From a virus (taxonomy: Duplodnaviria > Caudoviricetes), in the IMG/VR virus record IMGVR_UViG_3300042485_001890, positions 1-54,688 of that record: a stretch of 54,688 bases of DNA. One strand, written 5' to 3'. Made by a program: the position numbers and the translations under genes. The notes beneath the pieces were generated by a model. That model was not told where the DNA came from and made no database searches. It worked only from the letters and a program-made list of their open reading frames with translations. Shown here piece by piece: positions 1-10,500 of the stretch. Numbering within the stretch: the first letter of the stretch is position 1; every line of letters starts with the position of its first letter.

Positions 1-28
1 TTATACTGACGTAATTGATATTGCTCAC
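1..28 (-). CDS. 5' end of next structural-operon gene (partial; MSNINYVSI...)
   Basis: GTG overlapping the TGA stop of the 877-aa gene (CCGTGA); frame runs off the window edge. Confidence 0.4.
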
Positions 29-2658
29 GGTAATTTTTCTCCACGTTGCGGAAATGCTAGATATTTATTCTCAATGACACCGTCCAGCACATCAATCAGA
101 TATCTATCTGCGGTGAAATTTATTGATTTGAAATCAAAGTTGGCCTGCTTTATTCTAGAAATTATCTTGGCTCCTGATCCAGGTTTACTGTAACAAAGAA
201 CTAGAGCTTTGACGTATCCGGCTTCCACAAACGCTTGATTTTGTATACTTCTCATCCATAGTGGAAGGAATGTGCGGTCTCTTTCTCCTAGAGTTTTTAT
301 ACGACTTCGCATATTTTTAAAACTGTTGGGAAATACTCTTTGATGATCACTGTCGCTGATCAAAGGAATATTGCTGTCGATCTTTATGGTGTCATAACTT
401 ACAAGCACCTTGCTGTTGATGTTGTCGGAAAGCTCTACTGTTTGACTGATGCTTTTGCCATTTTTTTCAAATTCGTCCACAACTTCTACATAAACTGCTT
501 CATACAAAGTTTCTTGTGTAAGAGGATCTTTGGCTTCCGCATACTGTAGATCACCAAATCGTATCTGTTTACGATAGTGATTTCGACTCATGGCCTGTAC
601 ATAATTCACAGCTTCAACACTTTCAATTCCAGCAAACACCAGTATTTTTAATTCTGTTTGGATACTAAAATTGATATCACCGGGTCTATATAAATCATCG
701 GATCTAAATATATTGTTATCGGTAATAAAATTAAACCAATTTAATCTTTTTTCCTTGGTCTGAAATGCTTTGAGATATAAGTTGGCAAAGGTTTTTGTGT
801 TGTCTGCCACCACCAGCATTGTGAATGCTTTCACTGACTCTGCAAAATTTGCAGAATCTTTGGCCACAATTTCAAATTTAAAAGTTTTGTCAAAGCTGGT
901 GTTGTTGTCAAATGCTGGAGTATAGTCTCTAGACAATGTAGAACTATCTTCACCGGGATTCAAACTGTCAGTTCTTTCGTAAAATCTAGTGAGTCCAGGG
1001 CCGTTTTCGTCACCAAATTGTTTTACCTTGCCTATTATTATACCTGTAGACTGAAAGTCTAGTCCAGGCGGCAATGTGCCTGAGGCAATTTCATAGATTA
1101 CTCTGCCACCGTATCTCAAACTCCTAGCTTCCACAAACTTCTGACTGGGTTGATTGGGAACTATGGTTCCTAGATCACCGTCGGATATCCACTCTATACT
1201 GCTTTCAATTTCACCAATGATGTCTATACTGAATATTTTTTCAACAGTTGAAACACCCTTGGTCCAATATATGCTGTCCAATGCATCTGGAAATTGATTT
1301 CTACTGGCCTGCACAGCTATGTAGATAAAATCTCCATACCTTACGGCCTGTCCTATGGTATAGTTGAAAGTAGAACTCCAACTGCCCAGCAACACTGTGT
1401 AGACCAACGAGGACAGAGTAGCAGGATAATTAATGGCCTGTACGGTAAATTGATACGTTTTGGTTACAGCACTTTGATAAGGCACCCGACCAGCTATTTC
1501 ACCAGTGATAGAATCAATCACCATGCCCGGAGGCAGTTCACTCACAGTTTCCGGTATGATCACAGTCCAGTCATCGGGATCATTGGTTCTAATATTTGAT
1601 ACTGGAAAGTACACAGTTTCTGAACTAAGTTCCCATCGGCCAGTGGTAATTATTTCACCGGTATCTTTGTATCTGTAGGTACCACCGTTGGTAGGCAAAA
1701 ATATATATGTAATAGTGCCGGCAAGTGAAGGAGGATCATAAACATCTAGATAAACTGTGATGTAGTTATTGGCTCTTCGTCTACCTAGATTGCTTTCGGT
1801 GATCCATATTGGTTTACGATCACCTGTGGCATCCGCTCTGAACAGATTGGTATCGATCTGTAGTATACTGTTGTCTGCCTGCAAGAATTCTTCAGTGACT
1901 ACCCAAATCCTAAACAATCTTCTTATTTCGTTCTCACCGTCTGATACCGCAACAATAAACGTGTAGAATCTACTTAGGCGTCTAGGAGTTTGACTGGCTT
2001 CGGTGTAACCATAGGTGACATTGTCATAGAGATAGGAATCAAATCCGTTGCTTTTGGCCTCTGCTACATCCAGTGCTGTGATATCAAAGGCTTCGGTATC
2101 ATAACCTCCCGGTCCTGCGACGTCAAGAGCAAACACCGGATCAGTAAATCCAAATAGTCTTCCTTGACGTGTTAGTGTTAGACCAGGAGGTAATTCTCCA
2201 CCTGACGGCACAAGATAGTATTCAAGTACATCTCCGATGCTTTCATCTGTGTCTTCTGCTTCAAGTTGAAAATCCACAAAGGCATTATCAAGAACAAAAT
2301 AATTTTCACCTGAACCTACATTCAAGAACCCTTCTTTGGTCAACCAAGCTGGTTCATCGGAACCGTCAACATCGATACTGAAAGTTCGATCTTCAATGTC
2401 TTCTCCGTCGTCTGCACGAATTACGAATCTGCTGACTGTGTATTTTTCTACTTCTGTAGGACTGCCCTTGATAAACACCGTGCCCTGAGAACTATCTGTG
2501 GCAACCACTGTGTCTAGTCTTAGCCCTCTAGGCAATGAGCCTGCCAGCAAGGTAAATGTAATAGGACCAACATCGGATGTTGCTTCTAGAGGAATATCTA
2601 GAATAATCCTTTCGGTTACTATGCTTATTCTGCCAGCTGGAGTAATCCAAGTAATCAT
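25..2658 (-). CDS. virion structural protein with putative Ig (He_PIG-like) repeats
   Basis: 877-aa ORF; repeated G.LPPGL.L...G.I.G motifs typical of putative Ig domains; structural operon context. Confidence 0.7.
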   Translation of the reverse strand: MITWITPAGRISIVTERIILDIPLEATSDVGPITFTLLAGSLPRGLRLDTVVATDSSQGTVFIKGSPTEVEKYTVSRFVIRADDGEDIEDRTFSIDVDGSDEPAWLTKEGFLNVGSGENYFVLDNAFVDFQLEAEDTDESIGDVLEYYLVPSGGELPPGLTLTRQGRLFGFTDPVFALDVAGPGGYDTEAFDITALDVAEAKSNGFDSYLYDNVTYGYTEASQTPRRLSRFYTFIVAVSDGENEIRRLFRIWVVTEEFLQADNSILQIDTNLFRADATGDRKPIWITESNLGRRRANNYITVYLDVYDPPSLAGTITYIFLPTNGGTYRYKDTGEIITTGRWELSSETVYFPVSNIRTNDPDDWTVIIPETVSELPPGMVIDSITGEIAGRVPYQSAVTKTYQFTVQAINYPATLSSLVYTVLLGSWSSTFNYTIGQAVRYGDFIYIAVQASRNQFPDALDSIYWTKGVSTVEKIFSIDIIGEIESSIEWISDGDLGTIVPNQPSQKFVEARSLRYGGRVIYEIASGTLPPGLDFQSTGIIIGKVKQFGDENGPGLTRFYERTDSLNPGEDSSTLSRDYTPAFDNNTSFDKTFKFEIVAKDSANFAESVKAFTMLVVADNTKTFANLYLKAFQTKEKRLNWFNFITDNNIFRSDDLYRPGDINFSIQTELKILVFAGIESVEAVNYVQAMSRNHYRKQIRFGDLQYAEAKDPLTQETLYEAVYVEVVDEFEKNGKSISQTVELSDNINSKVLVSYDTIKIDSNIPLISDSDHQRVFPNSFKNMRSRIKTLGERDRTFLPLWMRSIQNQAFVEAGYVKALVLCYSKPGSGAKIISRIKQANFDFKSINFTADRYLIDVLDGVIENKYLAFPQRGEKLP

Positions 2659-2667
2659 TGGTTGTCC

Positions 2668-3216
2668 TTATACCAATGTGCCAAGATCTATGTTAAATGG
2701 TCCAGGAGTAGGGCAAGTGCCAAAGTCCACATTGGCAGCAGCTGATAGCACCTGCAGAGCTGTAGTATATTGATTGCCAATAGGGCCAAAATCAAAACCT
2801 AATAGCAATGCATTTAGATCCAAGTTGGTATCAACAGTGATATATGGAGTAGATCCAGTGACTGTGATATTGCTGCCACCTTGGATGGCAATATTGGTAT
2901 TATCTCCTGCCTGTACTATTCCTGCATTAGTGGTAATGCTGGTAAAAGCGTCCGGCTGTGTGGAACGAATTTCAATACTGTTGTCGTATTCTGTGACAAC
3001 AATTTTTGTACCAGATACCAAATTTCTAAATTTTAATATGCTGCCTGTTTTTTCTTTAAAAACTTTAGCGCCTAATTCTTGAGTATTTGCAGCAGTTAAA
3101 TCAAAGGTGGTTAATAGTTCTGCAAAGTTGGCATTGACTTTTTCAAAGGCCGTGCGTAGATCATCGCCTAGTCCGTCGTTTACTTGATTACCGATATTGA
3201 TTGTTTGTATGGCCAT
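2668..3216 (-). CDS. baseplate/tail-associated protein with T4 gp9/gp10-like N-terminus
   Basis: N-terminus INIGNQVNDGLGDDLRTAFEKVNANFAEL; TAAATA upstream. Confidence 0.7.
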   Translation of the reverse strand: MAIQTINIGNQVNDGLGDDLRTAFEKVNANFAELLTTFDLTAANTQELGAKVFKEKTGSILKFRNLVSGTKIVVTEYDNSIEIRSTQPDAFTSITTNAGIVQAGDNTNIAIQGGSNITVTGSTPYITVDTNLDLNALLLGFDFGPIGNQYTTALQVLSAAANVDFGTCPTPGPFNIDLGTLV

Positions 3217-3237
3217 ATTTCGCTCTCTTTAGTATAT

Positions 3238-3756
3238 TTACCGTTTATCAGTATCCAAACCTTGTGTGGCTAATAACTCTAGTATCTGACCTTGCACTGC
3301 GGGATCTTTGATACCCTGATCTACACATTTAGCCCAGGCAAAGTTGGTTAACCAAGTGCCCATATATAAATCATCTACTGCACACCAGTGGGTAATCTCA
3401 GGATGCTGATCTAGCCAAGCTGTGATTTCACCAGCCCGCTGTTCGTGATATGTGGCTGCTCCGGGCAACCACGCAGTATAGGCCAAGGGCATTTTTTCTA
3501 TGCCCTGTTCCTGATAAAATTCACACATTCCACTCAGGGTGGTTTCTCGTTTCCAATCACTAGAGATCACTATCTCAGCACCTGTTCGCTGTATGATATC
3601 ATTCAACACAGCTACCGCATCAGGATCAAAGTCGCTGAAAAAAGTTATACCCGTGTCAGCAAATTCATCTGATGTGGGCATACTGAACTCAGTTCTTGTA
3701 ACAGGCTTGGGACTCAAACACAGTACACCGTAGTGATCCAAGAATAACACTTTCAT
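3238..3756 (-). CDS. HAD-superfamily protein (Swiss-Army-knife RNA-repair type)
   Basis: VLFLDHYGVL, IVISSDWK, RAGEI..WL and WCAVDDL motifs. Confidence 0.75.
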   Translation of the reverse strand: MKVLFLDHYGVLCLSPKPVTRTEFSMPTSDEFADTGITFFSDFDPDAVAVLNDIIQRTGAEIVISSDWKRETTLSGMCEFYQEQGIEKMPLAYTAWLPGAATYHEQRAGEITAWLDQHPEITHWCAVDDLYMGTWLTNFAWAKCVDQGIKDPAVQGQILELLATQGLDTDKR

Positions 3757-6700
3757 ACGCTCTCAGTTTCTTTCTCAACTTCTAATGACAGCAACCATTG
3801 GATATGAGTTTCAATCTCCTCAATGCTTTGTGTTTGTTCAGCCAATCTAAATCCTTTGTATAATCTTTCTTCAACATTTGGATAATCATCTGCGGTGCGT
3901 AGTGTTCTGCTGTCCTTGACAAACTTCATATCTGTGATAGGATATACATTATTATAACGCATACTGGTTAGAATTGAATTGGCAAATAGATTCATATGAT
4001 AGTCTGTCATCACATTATAGAACTCAACCTCACCCACAATCCATTCTTTGCTGATCAGCGTGATTTCTTCACCTTGGTCATTGAATGTGGTTGTTCCTAT
4101 TGGAGTCTCTGGCATTGAGCCGTATGTGAACTTGCCAGCTTCTTTATTGAAAATTCTATGTGCTTTTGGTGAATCACCAACAATTTGCAATTCGCTGTGA
4201 TCACTGAATGTTAGTAAGCAAGACACCACTGCGGTCTGTGTTTTCTTGATCCATATAGGTTTGGCCGATGCAAACTCTCCAAGATCAAAGTCCCAGACCA
4301 GAATGTCGTCATTGTATGTGATATTCTCCACAGCCACCCTTGACATATCCGCCATGGTAATCAAGGTGCCTCTTACCAAGCAAGGATTTGTTCCTTCACC
4401 TGCTATTGGTGCACCATAACCAGTGCCTGATGCATTTGTGGCAAACGGAGTGAATATATAAGTGTCGCCGGGGGTGGTGTAGGTTGCAACGGCCACAATA
4501 TCAAATGATCCTGTGCCTGGAGATCCAGACAGGGTAATTCGGCTGTTGGCTGGAACAGACACTCCTATCACAGTAACACCAACAGCGGTCACTTCTGTGC
4601 CGCTGGCCACAGTGAATTGCACCTTGGCGTGGGCCGCACCATCAACCCCAACGGCTCCAGTGGTAACCACAGTGGGTATACTAGTGCCACCGCCTAATAC
4701 ACTTGCACCTGTGCTGTCAACAATATCACCACCTACTGGCAGTGTCAGTTCACCATCTGCACCAAATCGCCAATTAAATGTACTGCTGTCCGGAGTGTCT
4801 ATGGTGATGTCAATGTTGGTAGAGGATTTAATACCACCGTCATTGGGTAATGTTAAAGTACCATCGAGGCCAAAGGCCCATTGTTTATCAGTTACTTCTA
4901 CTACGATACCTCCATCACTGGAGATGCTGAAAGCCTGCAACGCTTGTATGCGGCAGTTATTACCGCCAAACCATATTGGACCACCATCTGGCAGTGTTAG
5001 ATCACCATCGGGGCCAAAGGTCCAACTGTGTTCTGGAACTGGACCAACATCACCTGTAATGATTTGCACAGTGCCTGTACTGGGCGCAAACAAACTGTTG
5101 ACTATTACAGTCGCAACAGCCGTTGCGTTTTCGGCATCGTTTATCCATTGTAAAGCGGCAGCACCACTTGTGCCTTGTGATAAAATGCCTACTGTGGTAT
5201 TAACACTTCCCTGGATGCCTTCAGCACCTTCGAGGTATCCCATGGTCATGCCACTTGGGAATGTTAAGTTGCCATCCTCACCAAACTGCCAACGGTGCAG
5301 AGTTGAGTCTGACAGGTTGATGTCAATGTTGATGGCACCTTCGCTACGGATATCGCCTGGTAGTTCTAGACCACCGTCGCCTTGAAACTTCCAATCATGG
5401 CTAACTGTCGACATGCTATCTGTACGATCAAATGATCTAATGGTTAGGCCACTGCGATATTCATCCTGCCAGTTTAGTTTAATCTGTGCTCGTTCGTCAC
5501 TGTCACCTTCACCATCTGGATCACCACTGTAGGCTCGAATAAGTTGTGTGGTATCGTCGTCAACCTCTACATTGATCCAACGCATTGAAGTTGTGCCATC
5601 GCCGCAGTCTTGTACAAATCTACCACCATTTGTACCAGTGACAATATCATCTGGTGCTGTTAGTATACCAGTCTGTCCAAAGTTCCAAGTATAGCTACTG
5701 CTATCTTCACTGTTGACTGTGATGTTGATGTCATTGTTACTGGTTAGACTATCGCCTGTGCCACCACCCAATACTGAGTTGCCTTCACTGTCCTTGATGT
5801 CACCACCTGTGGGCAGAGTTAGATCTCCAGCACCGTCGAACTGCCAAACTCGCTCGTTATCACCTTGATTGGTGAGGATTCGTACTGGGGCAGCATAATT
5901 TCCACCGTTCTCTGTGTAAGCACGAACAGTTAGGCCATCTTCGTCTTGTCTAATCCTACTGTTAACACCGCCAGCAACCGCGCCGTAGTCCCATACGATA
6001 CCTCTATTAACACCGCCAGTTTCGCCGCTGAATGTTGCATTACCTGTTGCGGAAAGTGTAAAGGTTTCTGTGCCGTTGACTAAACTGGAACCACCTCCGC
6101 CACCTAGTACACTAGTGCCTGTGCTGTTCTTGATATCTCCACCTGCTGGCAATATTAGATCACCATCTTCTCCAAACTGCCATCTACGCAGTGTTGAGTC
6201 TGTGAGGTTGATGTCAATGTTGATGTTGCCTTCACTGCGGATATTACCACCACCACTCGGAAATGTCAAAGCACCAGGCAATGTTAGACTACCGTTATTG
6301 TCAAATGACCAAGTATGATCACTGAAATCACTAGGATTTCTTACCTTTATAGCAACTCCTGATCCCCAGGTTGAAAGACTAAGGTCCTCGCCTGCAAAAA
6401 TCTCTGCAATGTTTGGCAGTGATAATTTCGAAGAGTATACAGCCTCTTCGCCCTCCCCAGTTATAATTTCTTCAAACTGGTATTGACTTTGACTTCCAGT
6501 GTGTAGTGAACCATTAAAATATATACTACCTGTTGATAATGAACCAGTGGCTGGCAGTGTTAATGAACCGTCTGAGCCGAGGCTAACTGTGTTGGCACCG
6601 TTGACCAATCTATCAAAGCTGGTAGGTATAGTGGGCTTGTTGGTCAAGTCTGTGTAACTTATAGTGCCAACAATGCCTGCGGACTGCACTATCCATTTAA

Positions 6701-6791
6701 CACCGTCCCAGGTGTAGGTTATGCCGTTGTCGCCAGTGTATTGTGTTGCATTTGCCACTAGCCCTGAGTTTGGAAAATTTAATATTGCCAT
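3753..6791 (-). CDS. tail fibre protein with C-terminal Hint autoprocessing domain
   Basis: 1012 aa; repeated W.F..DG.LTLP modules; C-terminal CLVRGTLITMAD...HRIF...FYNVMTDYHMNLFANSILTS. Confidence 0.75.
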   Translation of the reverse strand: MAILNFPNSGLVANATQYTGDNGITYTWDGVKWIVQSAGIVGTISYTDLTNKPTIPTSFDRLVNGANTVSLGSDGSLTLPATGSLSTGSIYFNGSLHTGSQSQYQFEEIITGEGEEAVYSSKLSLPNIAEIFAGEDLSLSTWGSGVAIKVRNPSDFSDHTWSFDNNGSLTLPGALTFPSGGGNIRSEGNINIDINLTDSTLRRWQFGEDGDLILPAGGDIKNSTGTSVLGGGGGSSLVNGTETFTLSATGNATFSGETGGVNRGIVWDYGAVAGGVNSRIRQDEDGLTVRAYTENGGNYAAPVRILTNQGDNERVWQFDGAGDLTLPTGGDIKDSEGNSVLGGGTGDSLTSNNDINITVNSEDSSSYTWNFGQTGILTAPDDIVTGTNGGRFVQDCGDGTTSMRWINVEVDDDTTQLIRAYSGDPDGEGDSDERAQIKLNWQDEYRSGLTIRSFDRTDSMSTVSHDWKFQGDGGLELPGDIRSEGAINIDINLSDSTLHRWQFGEDGNLTFPSGMTMGYLEGAEGIQGSVNTTVGILSQGTSGAAALQWINDAENATAVATVIVNSLFAPSTGTVQIITGDVGPVPEHSWTFGPDGDLTLPDGGPIWFGGNNCRIQALQAFSISSDGGIVVEVTDKQWAFGLDGTLTLPNDGGIKSSTNIDITIDTPDSSTFNWRFGADGELTLPVGGDIVDSTGASVLGGGTSIPTVVTTGAVGVDGAAHAKVQFTVASGTEVTAVGVTVIGVSVPANSRITLSGSPGTGSFDIVAVATYTTPGDTYIFTPFATNASGTGYGAPIAGEGTNPCLVRGTLITMADMSRVAVENITYNDDILVWDFDLGEFASAKPIWIKKTQTAVVSCLLTFSDHSELQIVGDSPKAHRIFNKEAGKFTYGSMPETPIGTTTFNDQGEEITLISKEWIVGEVEFYNVMTDYHMNLFANSILTSMRYNNVYPITDMKFVKDSRTLRTADDYPNVEERLYKGFRLAEQTQSIEEIETHIQWLLSLEVEKETESV

Positions 6792-6820
6792 TGTGTGTTC
6801 TCTTTAGGATATTTACCGTT

Positions 6821-7513
6821 TTATGGGTATCCAAATCTTGCTTTGTATGTGGTATACAGCGACTGAACATTGGACAGCGTTAATACACCATTATAGACTT
6901 TGATAAATCCTATATCAGCTGTTTGTACTTCACTGCCTGATGAACGACTGAACAATCGCAACTGATTGAAACCACCACCACCAGCATTGGTGCCGGTGAA
7001 CAATGTGCCAGTTGGCGAGGAACTGGTTGCAGAATATAGTTGTCCTAGACCTGTTGAAGTGTTCCAAGTAGCAAAATCAAGATGCCAGAAGAGATCAGCA
7101 CCCGATGACGGCAGGTTAACTGCAAAGTTAGGATAGAATGTTTGGTCGTGGCCGTTGTACAGACCCATGAGCCAGTCTTTGCTGGCTTCGCTTTGTGTGT
7201 TCAATAATCTACCATCAGCAGTTGCTATGCGTTTGTAGGCCATGAACACTGTGTAACTTTGTCCGGTGACATAGTTAGGACCACCATAGATAACATCAGT
7301 GCCCACGTTGTTGCTTTTTCTAAATACCCCACCGTTGGCAGATTGCCAAGAAATACTGCCGCCAGCATTGGCCACCGATAGTGTGTAAGTTCCTGTAGCA
7401 TCCGAGGTGCCGTTCACAGGCACAGCAGAATAGTTGGCTGCGTCTAAATCGTATACCAAAGTTGGCAGTGAGCTTCCGCCATAACTGGTCATTAATGCTG
7501 TTACGCCTGTCAT
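6821..7513 (-). CDS. LamG/concanavalin-A-like virion lectin-fold protein
   Basis: LVYDLDAANY start; DIGFIKVYNGVLT..VQSLY...KARFG end, typical of phage LamG-like domains. Confidence 0.65.
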   Translation of the reverse strand: MTGVTALMTSYGGSSLPTLVYDLDAANYSAVPVNGTSDATGTYTLSVANAGGSISWQSANGGVFRKSNNVGTDVIYGGPNYVTGQSYTVFMAYKRIATADGRLLNTQSEASKDWLMGLYNGHDQTFYPNFAVNLPSSGADLFWHLDFATWNTSTGLGQLYSATSSSPTGTLFTGTNAGGGGFNQLRLFSRSSGSEVQTADIGFIKVYNGVLTLSNVQSLYTTYKARFGYP

Positions 7514-7514
7514 A

Positions 7515-10500
7515 TTATGTTAGTCCTGTTCCGTTAATGTACCAGGTAGTGGCAGCTACCTTGACTGCTGTGGCCATACCGTTGGCCGCCAGTGTTCTTG
7601 TGCCAGTGCTGGTGCCACCCGCCAATCTCAGTGTGTCTGAGGTAATAGCAATAGTCACTGTGGTAGCACTTGGTCCAGCAATGAATGTAAGAGTGGTTCC
7701 TATTGGATAGGCCACTGATGCGGCTGCTGGAATGGTTATGGTCTGGCCTGTGGTTGTTACATAAATGTGTTCGCCAGCATCTGCTATGGTCAATGTGGCA
7801 GTGGTTGAAACTGCGCTTGCCGGGATACCTAGATAACCAGCACTTCTGGCTGTGCTGGCAGTGGTAGCTTCTGCTAGGGTGTTGATCACCACACCACCAG
7901 TGCCATTGCATTCTATTTCAAGATTGGCGTTTGTGACCGTTGTGCTGATTCTATTGCCCACAACAGTGATCTGATCCGTGTTGAATGTTTCAGCAGTGAC
8001 ACTATTACTGTATGAAACTTCTTTGGTACTGTCGTTGTATTGCAATACTCCACTGGTAGCACTGATATTCCTAATTGGTGCCACTTTGAATGTATTAGGT
8101 ATAGATTGATTCAACACACTGCCAGTGGCATTTAGAACGATTGAGTTAGCGGCTTGACCATTGTAGCCGGCAGCATAACCAATGGCCACAGAATTGACAC
8201 CTTGTTCACCGCCGCCAGCATAGTAACCAATAGCCACTGCGCCAGCACCTTGACCGGTATTACCAGCACTTACACCAATGGCCACTGTGTTAGCACCTTG
8301 AAGGCTGAGGCCAGCTGCATTGCCGATGGCTACAGCATCAACACTTTGTGAAGTTTCACCAGCACTTACACCAATGGCCACTGCATTTTGTCCCTGACTA
8401 ATAAGTCCAGCAGTGGTGCCAATGGCTACTGAGTAGGCACCTTGAGTAGTTTGACCAGCAGCATTACCGACAGCCACCGCGCCACTGCTCTGGCTGGTGA
8501 GCCCTGCTTGCGAACCAAATGCCACAGCATCGCCAGCTGTGTCTTTTATCACAGCACCATTTGTTAGTGTGATACTACCTGGCAATGTTAAACTGCCATC
8601 GTCACCAAATGTCCATTGTTTTGATGCTCCATCAGTATTGGTCCTGATGAGTATATTTGTTTGAGCGTATAACTCAGCAGATACCGACCCCATATACAAT
8701 GCAGTAGTATCATCACTAGTACTTGTTAGATATGCAACGTTGGCGTAAGTAGTAAAGTCTAGTTTAGCATTTCCTAATCCACTAATCGGTCCTGGTACTG
8801 TTAACTCACCATCTTCCCCAAAATGCCATCTACGCAGAGTTGAATCTGCAAGGTTAATGTCGATGTTGATGTTGCCTTCACTGCGGATATCACCTTGAAC
8901 ATAGTTGATTGTGATATTGCCTTCTGCATCACTGGCAGTGGTAATACCTCCTGCACCCGTAAACTTGATGAGTTCGTTGTTGCTGATTACTCTCTGTGTG
9001 GAATCATCTCCTGCCACACTGAACGAGAATGCTTGGGCTGCGGTGGTCTGTGTTGTGCCGTCTGGGAATGTTATTGCCAGCGTAATGTTGTCTTCTTCTA
9101 TGCCAAAGGTCCACCCATTAAATGCTACAAGAGGTTCGCTACCGTCACCTAGATCATTAGTAGCTCTTTGTCCGATCTTAAAGCTATTGTTGTCTAATTC
9201 AGTTAGGTATTCACTGATCAGTGTTGACTCACCCTCACCTAATGTATTGATAACTTGGAAGGAGCTGAGAATTCCGTTGGTGCTAACTTCAAATAGAGAT
9301 TGACCTGTTAGTGACGGGCCACCTTCGCCAAGACTATTAGTAACTCCGTTTGTGATAACTGTCTTTGATTGAGATACTTCAAGTTGACTTCCGCTGCCCT
9401 CTTCATCACCGGCAACATAATTGCTAATTGTATTACCGGCAATCTTAAGAACACCGTTAGGGAATGTTAGATCCCCATCTTCACCGAACTGCCATCTGCG
9501 CAGAGTTGAATCTGCCAAGTTGATGTCAATGTTGATGTTGCCGTTGCTCTTGATATCACCTGGTATGGTCAAATCACCTGCCGTGTCAAACTCCCAAATC
9601 TTGTTAGTCGCATTGGGGGTGGTTATTTGTATTTTACCGTTAGTGGTAGTACGCACATTGTGATCGTCAGTGCCCAAGAAGATACTGGTTTCTGTTAAAT
9701 CGCCTGTGGTCAAGTGTAGGTGATGATCACCTCCTACATATGAAGGTGCGTCACTGTTGATCAAACCTGATTCAACGCCTATACTTTCAGGATCGTAATT
9801 ATCTTCTTCAGGTGATACACGAATAGTAAATTCGTAGTCATCACTGTCAACGAGAATACTAAAGTCACCGCCGCTGCCGTCTAATGTTACTGTACCAGAG
9901 TCTGGATCAGCGATGCCAGCACCTTCTGGGTAGATCCACCAGTATAGTGTTTGATCAGCATATGTATCTGAATAAACATAGAAAGTAAGAGTATCACCAA
10001 CTTGAGCAGTATTGACATAATAATTTATTTCTATGCCGTTGTCAGTGTAGATATACGAGCCGCCGCCTTTAATTACTAACTTTTGGCTGGCTACCTCTGG
10101 GCTTGCTGGTGTAAGTTGAATAGTGGGATTGCTGGTAACAACGCCTTCTGAAATAACTCCGCCAGTTGGCAGTGTTAGGTCACCGTCCGCTCCAAACCGC
10201 CAATTGAATGTGCTGCTGTCCGGAGTGTCTATGGTGATGTCGATGTTGGTAGCGGATTTAATTCTACTGTCATCAGGCAGGATCAAGGTGCGGTCTGTGT
10301 TAAATGTCCAAGTTTGAGAGGGATCTTCAGCATTATCAACTAAGACTAGGTTGATTTCTTTGGTGTTGCCTTCATTCCATACACTGATATAAGAACCGTT
10401 TGCTGATTGAAGTTGCACCAGTCCATCACCTTCAATAGCCAGTTGATTTTCTGAAACGATAGCCTGTGCATTGACTTTGAAATTGCCAGTTGATTCTTGC

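Noticed and set aside
3963-4382. Canonical splicing intein
   Set aside because: No terminal His-Asn followed by Cys/Ser/Thr and no endonuclease; fits an N-cleavage-only Hint
4513-5385. 290-aa plus-strand ORF and many similar antisense ORFs across 340-19800
   Set aside because: Shadow frames of G/T/S-rich minus-strand genes; no RBS or promoter and no recognisable motifs
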